From positions 820,316 through 884,315 of the forward strand of contig MU004240.1 in NCBI GenBank assembly GCA_010405405.1: DNA of 64,000 bases, in the 5' to 3' direction. Shown in pieces: positions 1-12,716 of this stretch (positions are counted from its first letter, which is position 1; each line of letters starts with the position of its first letter). The notes beneath the pieces were generated by a model that did no database searches, was not told where the DNA came from, and saw nothing but the letters and a program-made list of their open reading frames with translations. The position numbers and the translations under genes are program-made. This DNA comes from Microthyrium microscopicum (lineage: Eukaryota).

Positions 1-311
1 CCTTTGCCATGAAGGAAATGAAAGGTCCCTTCCGCGAGTGTATGGATATTGAGAGAGCTTGGACACATCTTCATGGCGCCAAGGAGATGATATTCGAGCG
101 AAGAAGAGAAACTCTTGCTCAAGCAAGCCCGATCCAGTTCGCAGAGTTCTTTCGAGAATACAGACAGCGAAGAGTTCAGGGACGACCTGATCTCGCGCTT
201 CCCTGGCATCAGTTGAACCACCGTCAACGAGTAGAGATACAAAAATTGTCGCCAGAGGAAATCGAACCGAGACCTGAATGGGCCAATGTGCCAACACCAT
301 TTGCTGTATGA
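1..311 (+). CDS. 3' end of a hypothetical protein, probably truncated by the window edge
   Basis: The reading frame is open from base 3 to TGA at 309-311 with protein-like composition. No recognisable domain. Confidence 0.45.
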   Translation, partial: FAMKEMKGPFRECMDIERAWTHLHGAKEMIFERRRETLAQASPIQFAEFFREYRQRRVQGRPDLALPWHQLNHRQRVEIQKLSPEEIEPRPEWANVPTPFAV

Positions 312-1061
312 TCCTAACCCACGACACGGTCGACACTTATGAGGCTTGGAACCGAGATACCCATATTTAGCCTGGAGTTATGTTGCTTTGGTATGCAAAC
401 ATCATGAAGGACGGTAACAGATAACGACTTACGAACGATAACTTTGAATAAATAGACTTAGCGTTTTGCATGCCTATCTGCTATATTGGGCAAAGTACCA
501 GAGAATCCAACGTATATGAAAACTGTGTTTTGATTTCTATTCTCGTCATACTTTGCTGCTTACTCAATATCTCAAATGAGAGCTCATCTGTTCTACGTTC
601 CCACACTATCTGTTCTTTCATGTCTTACTAGGCGTATGTTAACTTTCCGGCTATTGTATCTACTGTTTAGTATCGAGGATGTCTCAGCTTAGATATGAGC
701 CAGTACATACTCTTGAGAGCGTAGCAATGCCATATTTTACTCATTTATGAACATTCCAGACGACCTCATAGTGTTATAGATGTTCCCCTCCCTTGGCAAT
801 TTATTCCGATCAAATTGTCAATCAGATTGTTGGTATTTCTGTCTTCGATGCATGTGAGAATTTGTAGAGTTTATATTGCTATCTCCTTTTAAAAAGTCTG
901 AGCACACGTGTGACCTTTACTGCCACATCTTGATGAGTCCTACAATATGTCTCTATTCAATACCATAATTATCGAGGAGACAATCACATGTCTCAAACCG
1001 CCGTATTAAACATCCACAGCAAACATAAATTGAACCTTTTCCCTCCCCTAAGATATTGCCC

Positions 1062-1712
1062 TTATAGAACCATAACTGCCGCAGCACCCATCAGGGCTGC
1101 CACAGCCAATGGTGCTTGTGTTGCTGCCGCAAATCCAGACTTGGCCGTTGTGCTGGTTGATTTGGCAGTGCTTGCGGCACCGCCGGTTGTTTTGCTAGCT
1201 CCGGGGGCAGAGCTCGTCGCCGCCTTCCTCTTAGTCGCGGTGGGTGCAGCGTCGGGGTTGATAGTGATGCCCTGGGATGCGCAGAGGTTAACGCTGACCT
1301 CTTTCATCTCTAAATCACGAATCAGCAGCCATTCAGTAGGAATATATCGAGTAGAAGAGATAGGTAAACACATCGAGACGTACTTGACAAATCGGATGGT
1401 TGACAGACGCTGTCAGCCTTTGTCAGGCAGCGGGTGACTCTGTCCTGAACTTCTGGAGTGCAAGCACATTTGGCATCGGTGGGTGCGCAACCAGCTTTGG
1501 AAGCGGCTTTCTTGATGCATGCAAACTAGATTTGATATTAGTGAGACTTCTAGACTTGCCCAGCGTGTCACCTCTCCAAAAAACCGTCGCTCATTTGATG
1601 TGGGTCAACTTACAGCGCAGTCCGGAAATCCGGCGACCTTCAACATAGTATCATCTTGAGCGATGACTGTGGTCGCCAGAACGGCAAGAATTGATACAAA
1701 AGTGACCTTCAT
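1062..1712 (-). CDS. CFEM-domain, probably GPI-anchored cell-surface protein; 3 exons (1712-1614, 1525-1384, 1309-1062)
   Basis: Spliced translation: signal peptide MKVTFVSILAVLATTVIA, then an 8-Cys CFEM-like pattern (PDCA|FACIKKAASKAGCAPTDAKCACTPEVQDRVTRCLTKADSVC...NLC), a Ser/Thr/Ala-rich stalk and a hydrophobic C-terminus (LAVAALMGAAAVMVL). Introns GTAAGT..CTAAT..TAG and GTACGT..CTGAT..TAG keep frame. Confidence 0.88.
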
Positions 1713-3016
1713 TGTGAATATCGAATGCTAAACGAGTGACTGGCTATCTTCAATGAGAATTTCAAAACTGGTGGAAAGAGCGAATTTTCAGTGATTAGAG
1801 TTTGTGAATCGAAAGAGCTCAGAAGCAATATCGACGGGCAGTTGAGATTAATATACCTCTTTGATTGATCGACTGGCTGAAAATTCTTGATCCCCAGCAA
1901 CGGACATTTACTGCGTTGCTTTGTTGGTTGGTGCAATATCGCCACTTGCTTGTCGGAGTCAATATATATTCAACACATGCGCCACTTGGTGCTACGACGA
2001 AGTAGATCATGTCAGTGCGGTTGTATCCAATTATGTCTTAATGCCTATCTTAATGTATAATGCTGCTAGATTTCATCTACTTTTGAGATCCAACAAATCA
2101 GCAGTCACTCTTCCTAGTTCCATATCATGTTTCGAGAACCTTTAGCATACTGCTATCTTCCATAGTATACTTATCATAAGACCCATAGCAAAGATGTTAG
2201 AAATGATTGAAATACACTAGAAGACACACCGGGGTATTATTACTCGATAGTTTGAGGTCGCGTCAATTCCCGAGAAGAGTAAGTACCTTCCAATACCGAT
2301 CTAAAAGGTGCCAGTCTCCAAGATCTTTATGTCTTCCATCCTTTCGGTTAACGATTCTTCTGAAAAGACAGACAGTAAGAGGTACAAAGGTAAAATAGAG
2401 GCGAAGCAAAATATAGAACAATGAGTCTCATATTAATTAAATTCTCCCCTCACTACAGGAACGACTAATTGACCAGAGCAGAACTCTAAAGCCCTGACCT
2501 TTTCAAGCTATTATACTTGTTTACTCAGGGCCGCTCAGGGTAATGCCAGAGGAAGGTTACCATAACACTCAACGTCATTTTCCAACCATTAATGGGTTCT
2601 TCAAGGTCCTATCACATTAACACACTAGGCAATGAAGTAATCGTAGCAACTGCTCTCTTGAAGTGACGTAGGCAGGTAGTAGTTCCAGATGGTATAGAGT
2701 TTCAGTGCTTATATCGATCGACGGTGGTACTGGCCTCATTATCATGTTTATGAAAAGCTCGGTCTCGATCAAGATGCTCTTCCATTTCCTATGACTGACT
2801 TGCAGGATGTTACCTATATCACAGCCGTGGCTATAATTGACGCGACCTGCAACGACCTGGCGAAAGCTGTAGCATTTTGAGAATGTGAACTTGTCTTCGT
2901 TGCGGTGAGATCTTACTATTCACAAGCATTTCCCAGCGTGAAGATAAGTGCTAAGTTTGTGATTGAATATGACTCTTGAAGTAAATGGAAAATGAATATT
3001 GCTGGAATGCTGGTAA

Positions 3017-3406
3017 TCATTTGTTGCTTGCATTCTCCATAGTACCACCGATACTACCATCCTTGGTGAACTGCTTTCCAATGGCCCCTTCCTTATCAAA
3101 GGGTCCTCCCACCGCCTGGCCAATTGAGCCGATTGAACCTTTTTCTTTTCCATGTCAGATCATACAATCAAGAGGCTGTTAAGTTCGACCAACCAGTGAA
3201 TTGCTTGCCAATGGCTCCTTCAGAAGATAGCACGCCAGGCCCACTTGCTGTAGAATTTGCAGGTGTCTTGATGTCAGAGGACTGAAAGTGTTAGAAGTAT
3301 CTTACATAGACCGATCGACTCGACGTTGAACAGAAAAACGCTGCAAATGTGTTGAGAGAGTACTTACCATGCCTCCACGTTGGTTAACGCCGCTACGTTC
3401 AGCCAT
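3017..3406 (-). CDS. Small 84-aa Gly-rich protein with an internal EGAIGKQFT repeat; 3 exons (3406-3368, 3281-3194, 3144-3017)
   Basis: Translation MAERSGVNQRGGM|SSDIKTPANSTASGPGVLSSEGAIGKQFT|EKGSIGSIGQAVGGPFDKEGAIGKQFTKDGSIGGTMENASNK*. Good start context (aacatcATGG); introns GTAAGT..CTAAC..CAG and GTTGGT..CTGAC..AAG are in frame. Not in the ORF track. Confidence 0.8.
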
Positions 3407-4787
3407 GATGTTTCAAAAGTTGGGTTAAATGTAAATCTGAATAACTTAAGCTCTGAAGATCGAATGTGTTTTATAAGGGAGATCCAGCTTAAAGGTTTAC
3501 TGTTGTAAGCGTCATTGAACACAGGGGAGAGCTTTCATGACGTATTTCTGTTATCCTTCACATGTTTTCGAAGCTATGTCGTACTAAAATGTCAACACGC
3601 AGCTTGGGAAAATATACAAGATACTAGTTATCTTCGAAGTAATGGATACCGCTTGCGGTACATCACGAACATACACAAATAATTGGTACGCAAGATATGT
3701 AGAGTACTTAAGCCGGTGGCAGTTGTCAAGCCGGTTGCTTAGCAAATTCAGGCTTGAGCTTCTTAGTTCAGCGTATACTTGTATATTGATTAACAATTTT
3801 TTATGCAATACTCGTTATACTATTCAGTACAAGCAAACATGATATATGCGCACTATAGAAGCCTCTGGTAAAGCATGCTTTTAGTATCAATTCTGATCAG
3901 GAGACAGCGAAAGCCCCATCATAAGCCATATTCGAGAACTCACTTTCTACCTAGAGTACCTTTGTAGTGTTGACGTGCAACTCAATTGAATCTACCTGTT
4001 TCGATTTCAGATCATGGCAGTCGCTTTTGGATCAAATTAAGTTATGCAGTCATTGGAAACATCTCTTGTTCAGAAGATATTGCAACACTTAGAGTAGTAA
4101 CAAATAAAGCCACCACTTTTGACTACTAGTACAGGTAATTACTCCTACCGAAGATACTTTCAAAGTTGTTACAGGTTCTTAAAGTGAATCTTGAGTGCAG
4201 CTTCAACAAGGCGCTTTAAGCCAATTTCAATTTCAGCTTCCAAATTGACCTATTTATAGTATGTTATGCAGGTAGCTGACTCTCTCCTATTACAACCATG
4301 TAAGAGGCTGAGATATATGTTGACGGACCAATCGAATTGATTCTTAGCCATGCGTGCTCTTCAGCCTCAAATTTGATGCCCGTTTCCCACGAGAGCTGTC
4401 TCAGCCGTACGTTCTACAAGGACATTTTGCAAGGAACGAGCCACAGAACACGGTGACTGGTTAAGCTTCATGTCATATTATTTGATAGTTTTCCTAAGCC
4501 GCAGCTTATCCTGCGAATCGATCTAGACAGATATCATCGGTGACCGCCTATTCCAAGCTTATATCTAAGTATGTTCCATGCTCTTATCCTCTTTACGCTA
4601 CCGATTGTGGCGCCGCCTAGAAGCCATGGTACTTAGAGAACCTCTCCGTAACAGTTCGGTTGGTTTTTGACCTTTTCAAGCTCTGCATGACTTGAACTCG
4701 AAAGATTATTTTGCGAATGAACTTATTCTACGCACTGAAAATACTATTTGGCCATTCCAGGTTACGCCCCTTTGGACCTTCGAACCA

Positions 4788-6371
4788 ATGCCTCGTAAAT
4801 GCTTTACAATAACAGCAGCTTGGCTGTCTTTGGCTGGCGATGTCCTGTCATTTTTTGACTCCTCGCCAAGGAATGATTCTACTGTCGTTCGCTCCTCTAT
4901 TGAATCCGCTCAATACGCGCTCGTATCATCGGATATCCTGTCCCAAAATAATGCAACCGAGTTAACAAAACGACAAAGTCCGCACGGGCTCTGTGGACCT
5001 TCCGCGAATTATGCCGGATGCGCACCTGGATTTTGTTGTTCTTTGACTGTAAGTGATCATACGATGAGTTATTTGTTGAAGCCCAGAAAGCTAGAGACAG
5101 CGAACTTGAATATTGCCGAGTAGGGCGATACGATGTTCAGTCCATCAAGCTAACACCAACAGGGAGTCTGCGGACAAGGAGGAGCGTTTTGCACAGCTCC
5201 AGATTGCCAGTTTCAGTACGGCCCAGCATGTGACGCAAACAAAGCCCCTTTCGCTCCTCAATCAACAAATACTTCTACAACACCACGACCAAGTATAGGC
5301 AGCCTACCGTATGGCGTTGCCCTCAGTCATTGTAGCCTGCCAGGTGCCGTCGCTCTAACCTTTGACGACGGCCCATATCCATATACCTCAGACTTGCTTG
5401 ATATTCTCAAAGCCAGCGGTGCAAGAGCTACCTTCTTCATTACTGCCGTCAATGGAGCAAAACAACAGATCGATGACCCTGCTTCTCCGTACTATGCTTT
5501 AATCAAGCGTATGCACGCTGAAGGCCACCAAGTTGCGAGCCATACATGGAGTCATCAAAACCTTACTGCTATCACTCGGCAGCAACGCCTAGACCAGATG
5601 ATCAAGAATGAAATGGCATTTCGTAACATCCTTGGGTTTTTCCCGACTTACATGCGACCGCCGTATGACGTGTGCACAGATGCCAGTGGATGTTTGACCG
5701 ACATGCAGCAGTTAGGCTATCATGTGGTAAGTGACACTGTCAACTCGTACAAGTACCAATACTAATATTTCGCCGCAAAGACATTATACGATGTCGACAC
5801 AAATGACTGGCAAGGAAACTTGACAGCCTCAAAACAGATCTTTACCAACGCGCTGAGCAAAGAGAACGATACATCCCCAGATATTGTTCTTGGACATGAT
5901 GTGTACAATGCAACAGTACACGACTTTGCACCATACATGCTAGCGCAGTTGAAACAACTGAAATATCGTGCTGTGCCTGTAGGCGAGTGCTTGATGGATC
6001 CTCCCCAAAATTGGTATCGTGACCCAGTGACTGGACTGGCCATCAAGGATTCCCAAGTAGCCACACCCTCAGCTACTAATCAGACGGAAACGAAACCCCC
6101 AAATTCAACCAACTCCGCTGCAAATAATGACAAGACAGCGGATCAGAAGAGTGTATTGACGACAGGTAGCAGAATCGGAATTGCTATCGGAGCGATTGCA
6201 ATTATATCGGCAATCATCGGCGTCAGTACCTATCTCTGGAATAGAAGGAGACATGGGGCAGCGGCCATTCTTCCAATAGGCCACAAGGCTTATACATCGG
6301 TAGATTTGGAAGAGATGAAAAGGGAGTCAGCGTATATACCACCAGGCAGTTCAAGTAATAGTCGAATATGA
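4788..6371 (+). CDS. Chitin/polysaccharide deacetylase (CE4) with an N-terminal chitin-binding CBM18-like domain and a C-terminal transmembrane helix; exons 4788-5048, 5163-5726, 5781-6371
   Basis: Hevein-like CGPSANYAGCAPGFCCSLT|GVCG..FC..PDC; NodB/CE4 motifs ALTFDDGP, HTWSH, MRPPY, DTNDW, IVLGHD; TM IGIAIGAIAIISAIIGVSTYLW followed by RRR. Introns start GTAAGT with CTAAC/CTAAT branch sites. Confidence 0.9.
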
Positions 6372-6965
6372 CCGCCAATATTGAGTTTATAATTTTACAT
6401 CTATTGAAGTCTCTTACTAATAGTAAAACTTAGTGAGATATTCAACATGAGCTGGCTCCCGTACCAATTGGACATCTAGTGTGATAGTCTCGACCACATT
6501 TCTGTACAACAGCCAACAACAGATAGGGCGATCGATCACCATGGTACGAAGTTGTATTGAAACCTATCCATCAGCTTGCGTCCGAGGTGCTATTTCATTG
6601 GCGAGCTCTTGTCGCTACAAGCTATGCGCCGCTTTCCAAATGACCTTGTTTTCATGCGAAGGTCGCTATGTCAAATTAGGTTAGCGTTGAGCGGGCTTCC
6701 ATTTTGGGTGCGTCCAACGTGCCGTACATGAGTAACATCATAGCACAGGTAGAGATGAACATTTTTAAAGTGGTTATGGTTAGCTTTGCGCGGTTCTTCG
6801 TATGAGCGAGCTGATTTATAATGATGATTATGAGCAGGAAATCCCTTGCGGGCGAGGCTCTATTCCTTTGTAAAGCGTATATAACTGGTGCTCCTCCTTC
6901 CATTTTCTGAACGCCAAACTCATATACTTTCTTCTTTTAACAGAGCAATCAATTTACCCAAAACA

Positions 6966-8205
6966 ATGTCGTTACAATCTGCAGTGGCTGTGACAGAGGT
7001 TGGTCAACCTGTAGCCAAAGTCACTATACCTAGACCAGAGGAATCAAAGCTCGCCGATCATGAATTGCTGCTGAAGGTTACTGTTGCTGGCAGTAAGTAG
7101 AGATCATCCCTGAGCCTCCAGTTCATGTTTATAACTAACCCCCGACTAGTGTCTCCATTTGACGCAAAGATTCGAGACTGGAATCCATTCGGCTTGCCTT
7201 TCCCCATTGTTCTAGGAGTGGACGTTGTGGGAGTCGTAATCAAGAACGGCTCAAACATGAACTTTCCTATCGGCAGTCATGTTTTCGTTCAAAAACTTGG
7301 TTCTATTCAAGAGTTTGCGGTCGTCGACGGTCGCTATGCCGCTATTGTAAGAGCTCCCCTGTACCAAAGTGCCGCCCGTTGGTACTGTTGATGGTCTCCT
7401 GAGATACTATCATGCGGTTGCTCAGCAGATCAGCGAGCAGCCACACAACTTATTGGCTGGATATGTGGTACGGCTCTGTATGATCGGACGAGTGTTGACA
7501 AATTAGGTTCCCGAAGGCATCACTGATGCTGAAGCTGCACTTTACCCGATCAACGCCGTCACATCTGCAAAGGTTCTTTTCACATCAGAAGGCCTCGGTT
7601 TCCCATTGCCCGGTACAGCAGAGGCCGCTAGCTTTGATTTCTCTGCTCAACATATCGTGATCCTTGGTGGCGGCACCAACTGCGGCAAGCTCGCCATTCA
7701 GTTTGCAAGGCTCGCCGGAATTGGCAGAATTGTTGTAACTGCCTCAGCATCGAGTGGGCCCTTGCTCCGAGACCTAGGGGCGACATGCGTAGTTGATCGA
7801 CAAAGTGCCAACATCGAGGAGCAGATCCGCGCGGCAATCGAAGGTGAAATTATTCACGTGTTTGACGCATATGGCAACGTTGATCTAGGTGTTTCTCTAC
7901 TCTCAGAGAAAAAGAAAGGCACCTTGATCGACATCATACAAGGGAAAGTTTCCGCGGAAGTACTGGAAAAAAAGAAAGCCAAATTCGACCATAGATTTCT
8001 ACAGGGATTTTCAGGGTCAGATCCAGAGTTTGGTCAATTGATCTGGAAATATTTACCTATCTGGATCAAAGCAGGGGAGATCAAGCCTTCCAGCTACAAG
8101 GTCATCGAAGGCATGGACTTTGAGAAGATCAATGAAGTTCTAGACTTGTATAGGGACGGCAAAGGCGGAGATCGCTATCATGTCAAGTTGGCAGCTTCAG
8201 ACTGA
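6966..8205 (+). CDS. Medium-chain dehydrogenase/reductase (GroES-like plus Rossmann fold; enoyl-reductase/CipB-like); exons 6966-7092, 7150-7346, 7507-8205
   Basis: LLKVTVAG|MSPFDAKIRD..FPIVLGVDVVGVV (GroES-like domain); VILGGGTNCGKLAIQFARLAG (nucleotide-binding loop). Canonical introns keep frame. Confidence 0.88.
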
Positions 8206-10147
8206 TTGGAAGGGTCACGGATATATAGCATCCCCACCCAAATCAACATAAAGCCTTGGAAGACCTCTAAAGGGTCATCTTTTGGAGCCTGAGCATTCAT
8301 TTCTTTAGTTGCACACCTTTTAGCCAATTTGATAGACGAACCTTGAGTAACAAGCGAGCTTGCCCAATTCCCATCTGGTCGGCGATCCATGACAAAGCCT
8401 CATTCATTCTAAGCCGCTGCTTCCTCGGGGTAAGTGATAGACAGGAGACTATAAAGATAGGTTGTATAAGCAGCAAGCCGCCTAATGACTTTCCTGGTGC
8501 TAAACACAGGGGAGCACCGGTTTCTGCATTTCGTACCAGACCTGGTGCATCGGCGCAAAGATGGAAACATAAAGAAGCGGCTATATCATCCACTAGGTCG
8601 TGTGCTGTGGATATCAGTGAGTGCAAGGAACTCTTCATACCAAGCTTGGACGCGCAATTGATGATTGTGTCAATAACTCGAAGGCGAACCTGGCGATACA
8701 TATTCCAGACTGTAGAGACATATACTGAAAGGTCAATATTATAGCACTAATATATCATGGGAACACTTACTATCGGCGTAGACATCAATGCGGCCAAATG
8801 GCCAAATGATATCTTTGATTAGGTTCGCTGCTGGAGGGTCGAGTTTGCCAATCGATCTGTATGGCCATTTGCATAGGTGTGTCTTGGCCCCTGACTTTTG
8901 TTAGTGTAAGATCACCTTTGTAAATTTGTCTCAGATAACATGACAAGGAGTTCGATGGGAGATATGTAAATCGCTCAGTAATGGGAGCTTACAATCTGCT
9001 AACTCGTTATTCAAATCATGTGCTTCTCGCAAAACAATTTGAAGCTCATCCACAATGACCGACTCCGCCGACAGCAGCGACCGAGCTGTACGTAGAACGG
9101 TGAAAGACTTGAAACATGCTATATCTAAACTTTGGAGTGGATGTGTCAAAGGCTGACTGAGACTCTCTTCAGCCTATGTTATGTATGAGTAAAGCTGTCA
9201 ACAGATATAGGCTGCAGAGGCAGATGCGGTATCTTACTTGGAGGACGGATTGAAATGCCTTGCGAAAGCAACCAGCTCCAGATGGTGTGAATAGAGGCGC
9301 ATCTGTTGTAGAGAGAATGGCATATACACCTCTCGAGTGCGTTACATGGGAACTGCCATGCTCTTCCGTAGCTGAAATCAACTGTAAGCGAGTTAACATA
9401 GATCCGATGCAAAGCACAGAGTTACTGGACCTCGAATATGCCTAGTAGCACGATAACTAGCAATAATTCCGGAGTCTGATTGATAGCCCCGTGAGCAAGT
9501 CTTTTCTGGAACGACTCCAAGAATTCCGCATATTGTTCTCTTGCTTTGTCCAGAAGGAGAGAACTACTCGACTTCTTGCCAATGCTCGATAATGCGGTCA
9601 GATGAGTTGCTTTGGCGAGGTCAGAAGCAGGATCTGCAGACACTATAATTGACTTGAAATCCTGCAAGATGCTACCAATAGGGCTGAAATTTTGGGAGGC
9701 CACGCAATAGTCATCGAGGAAGGCGGACACTGCCCGGTCTTCAAGTTCCGAGTCATTTTTGACATCATAAATTACACGTGCCATGGGATGATAGGCTTTC
9801 ATGCTGCGATAAGACCGGAAGTGAAGCTCTGAGAAGCTCTGATAGCCAAGGCACACGCGTTGCGCTTTCATACATCTCCGGCATGACTAGGACAGAACCG
9901 TGGTCAGAAAGCAGAAAGGGTGATGTCAGAAGGCTCCGATGCAAAGGACATATTGACAGCTGATCAAGATGCTGTAGTGTTGAAATGCAATTCCATCGAA
10001 CGAGAAGACCAACTACTCACAGGACGATGCTCATCACACTGGAGGGCCTTTGTTAGCCTGGCCTAGTACAAGCTACAAAGAAATGAATACCTTTTTACGT
10101 CGCTTTTTGCATGTTCCGCATGCCCCGGACACACCGTGATTGACCAT
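8178..10147 (-). CDS. Zn(II)2Cys6 fungal transcription factor (multi-exon; 3' end inferred)
   Basis: Exons 10147-10091, 10038-10021 and from 9886 splice to MVNHGVSGACGTCKKRRKK|CDEHRP|SCRRCMKAQRVCLGY, giving C-x2-C-x6-C-x6-C-x2-C-x6-C. Downstream minus-strand ORF pieces (9422-9871, 9169-9417, 8931-9149, 8297-8701) fit a fungal TF middle region. The last exon is probably 8288-8178; if that intron is retained, the stop is at 8297. Confidence 0.88.
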
Positions 10148-12540
10148 GTCAGCGATGAGGACAAACAGGGCGACTCTCAGAAAGGACAACCAGACAATAC
10201 ATTCCTCCGAGACTTGGGCCGTCCAAGTATTTAAGTGGCCACGAAGACCAGCAGTACAAGGAAATTGAACAGTAGAGAACAGTCAGAGGGACAAGGAGAG
10301 ACCTGAGGTTGAAATGCCGGGAAGTAGCTACATTGGGTTAGCGTTGCGCGTTCTTCCACAAAGCCTTTAGCCAACGCTACCATTAGGTCCAATGAAAACA
10401 TCATCAAGACCTCGCCGGACAGAACATCTTTGAAGACCTAATTTAGATTTGATAACAACTTACAAGAAGTGTCTCCATAACATCATTCTCGTGGATTTAT
10501 CCATATCTAATAAGTGTAGGTAGGCATATTTGTTTTGTTTCCACCATTTCTTTTTTGATAAGGCTGAGTACAAGGCTGAGCATGTAGAGACTAGTTCAAT
10601 TCTATTTAACATTAGTGGACTGTCAAGACTGTCCTTCTTAGTGTTCGAGATAATTGGCAAATGTCCTCAGTAAGAGCCTTCCAAAACCACCTCGATACAG
10701 ATATATTTGCCCTTCCATCTCAAACCTCGGAAATAAACCTCAATAGCGGTTGAAGCGAACGAGGTTAAACTGTATCATCCTAACCTAACCTAGAGAACCT
10801 ATAAATGTAACATATATATTAGTTTTCTGGTGGTAGATTAACAAGATTACATGCATATACAGTACATGCCACAGAGTAACCAGAAATGAGAATGAAGTTA
10901 AGACTATGTCCACCTAAATCCGAGTCGTTCACTTTAACCTACTGGGCTCGGTGACTACTCGATATGCTCGCGCCATTAGGTGAAGGCAAGTTTAGATACT
11001 TGATCAGTATAAAAACGGGTATATGCCGGATACACATGCGCACAAAACACCTCATACTTCTACATTGGATGCTCTGATATCCTCATAAGTTCTTCAACTT
11101 GCCAACCTCCGAATTCAACCGAAAGCATATACTTCGCATACTACTTTCCCGGCACGATGGTTGTATGGAACCTGATTCCTCTTCTCGCACTTGTTGGCAA
11201 TGCATTTGCTACTGCTTATCCGCCAAAAAATGCTGCCTGTGCGAAACTCGACATAGTCTTCACGTGCGTATCCACACACATCTTACAGTAAAGTTGGAAA
11301 CTAATTGATGGTGCTCTAGTGGCCTTCCTCCGTACCATCCACTCGTTGTACAGCAGGGTTTCAATTCGTCAGTCATTGATGCCACTCTCAGAGCGGATGC
11401 TGCAAATATCATCAAAGCTGGCTATAATCTTCGAGGTGACTATCGCAGATTTCCCCCATTTTGTAAATACATTTCTGATTCGTGTGGACAGTTGTTCTTA
11501 TGGGGCCAGAACAAAACCTTAGCGTTTTGGCTGGTCAGATGGAAGGAAACCACTGGGATGGCACAGGTATAGGATATGGCGTGAGAGGTGCTCATCTACC
11601 AGAGCTTACAATTCGACTGGAAGGTAAAGAGCCTCAGAGCAGTTCTTTCAAATTCCTTATCAAATCACTAATGCTTCCTTGCAGACATTATCAAGCTCTA
11701 CCATAGCCGGGCCCCAAATGCTTCTCTCATGTTTGACTATTCGTCCGACAGTGCGCTCTGGGCCATCAAGAGACGCGTTCCTTTGGCCAGCAACTGCACG
11801 GATTCCCCAGGAAAAGACCTTGTGAGTAGCACGGCTTCTTTGACTCCGAGGTTCTTGAGCTAACGACGTCTGATAGGGATTCAATGTGTTTTGCGACATT
11901 TGTAAGTCCTGAGGTAGAGTTTTGCTCACTCAGATAATGCAAGATTGCTCAAAAAGCAGATGAGTTGGGGGTGACAATAATAATGCGATGGTCAAACCGT
12001 GAAGTTAGAATAGAATACATCCGACCATTTTTGACGATCAGATAGGGAAGAACTTGACCTATAATTTTATGCTCATTGGACTCCAAAGGGACTAGGTGAT
12101 TGAAGGTGAACCGCTCAATTTAATGAGTTTGAAACATGCATTTTTTTATCTGTCCTCGAAGCAAAAGCGACAACTATCCTGGTATATTGAAAACAAAGGA
12201 GGTCTAGTGCTTACTGACTGGCACTCGATAAGACGTGAGATTGGCTACTTTGAGTTTCGTCAAACACCAGGCTTTTAGATTCTGAAATATATAAATGCTT
12301 CCGGTGTGTGATAAAATTTGCAATAACTCTGACTCAACTCAAGAAGTTATGTAGGGGTAAAAAGGTCTCATTTGTCTGGAAGTCGAGGTTAGACGCGCTC
12401 TTGTTGTGAGAACACCTTAATAGTCGTGATAGTACACATTGAATGGCTATGAAGGAAAGGGACTTGCCGGAGAGATCGACCTACAACTTACAAGTGCCTA
12501 AGCTTCCGTCATGGGTCCTTCGCATTGATGTAGTAAGCCG

Positions 12541-12555
12541 GAGGCTCGGAGCCTC
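12541..12555. promoter_or_regulatory. Palindrome GAGGCTC-G-GAGCCTC overlapping a CGGAG-N3-CGGAG direct repeat, about 160 bp upstream of the P450; candidate Zn2Cys6 binding site
   Basis: Read directly at 12539-12555. CGG triplets are the established half-sites for Zn2Cys6 proteins; function is inferred. Confidence 0.3.
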
Positions 12556-12716
12556 TTGACTTCCATGCAACACCTCTCTTTGCTCGGGGCTACATTATGA
12601 GCGAAAAGGCCTCGTTGATTACAGTAGGTTGCTGAATTTTCGCTGTTCTGCGGCAACAGCTTGAAATTTGAAATATTACAGGCTGCTTCATCGAGTTTTC
12701 ATCACTGCTGATTACA

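Noticed and set aside
988..1437. 149-aa hydrophobic plus-strand ORF
   Set aside because: Antisense shadow of the CFEM gene's low-complexity exon, which has clear splice signals and a Cys pattern on the minus strand.
10400..12300. Short ORFs (60-89 aa) between the TF and the P450
   Set aside because: No motifs, no consistent splice model and mostly non-ATG starts; treated as intergenic.
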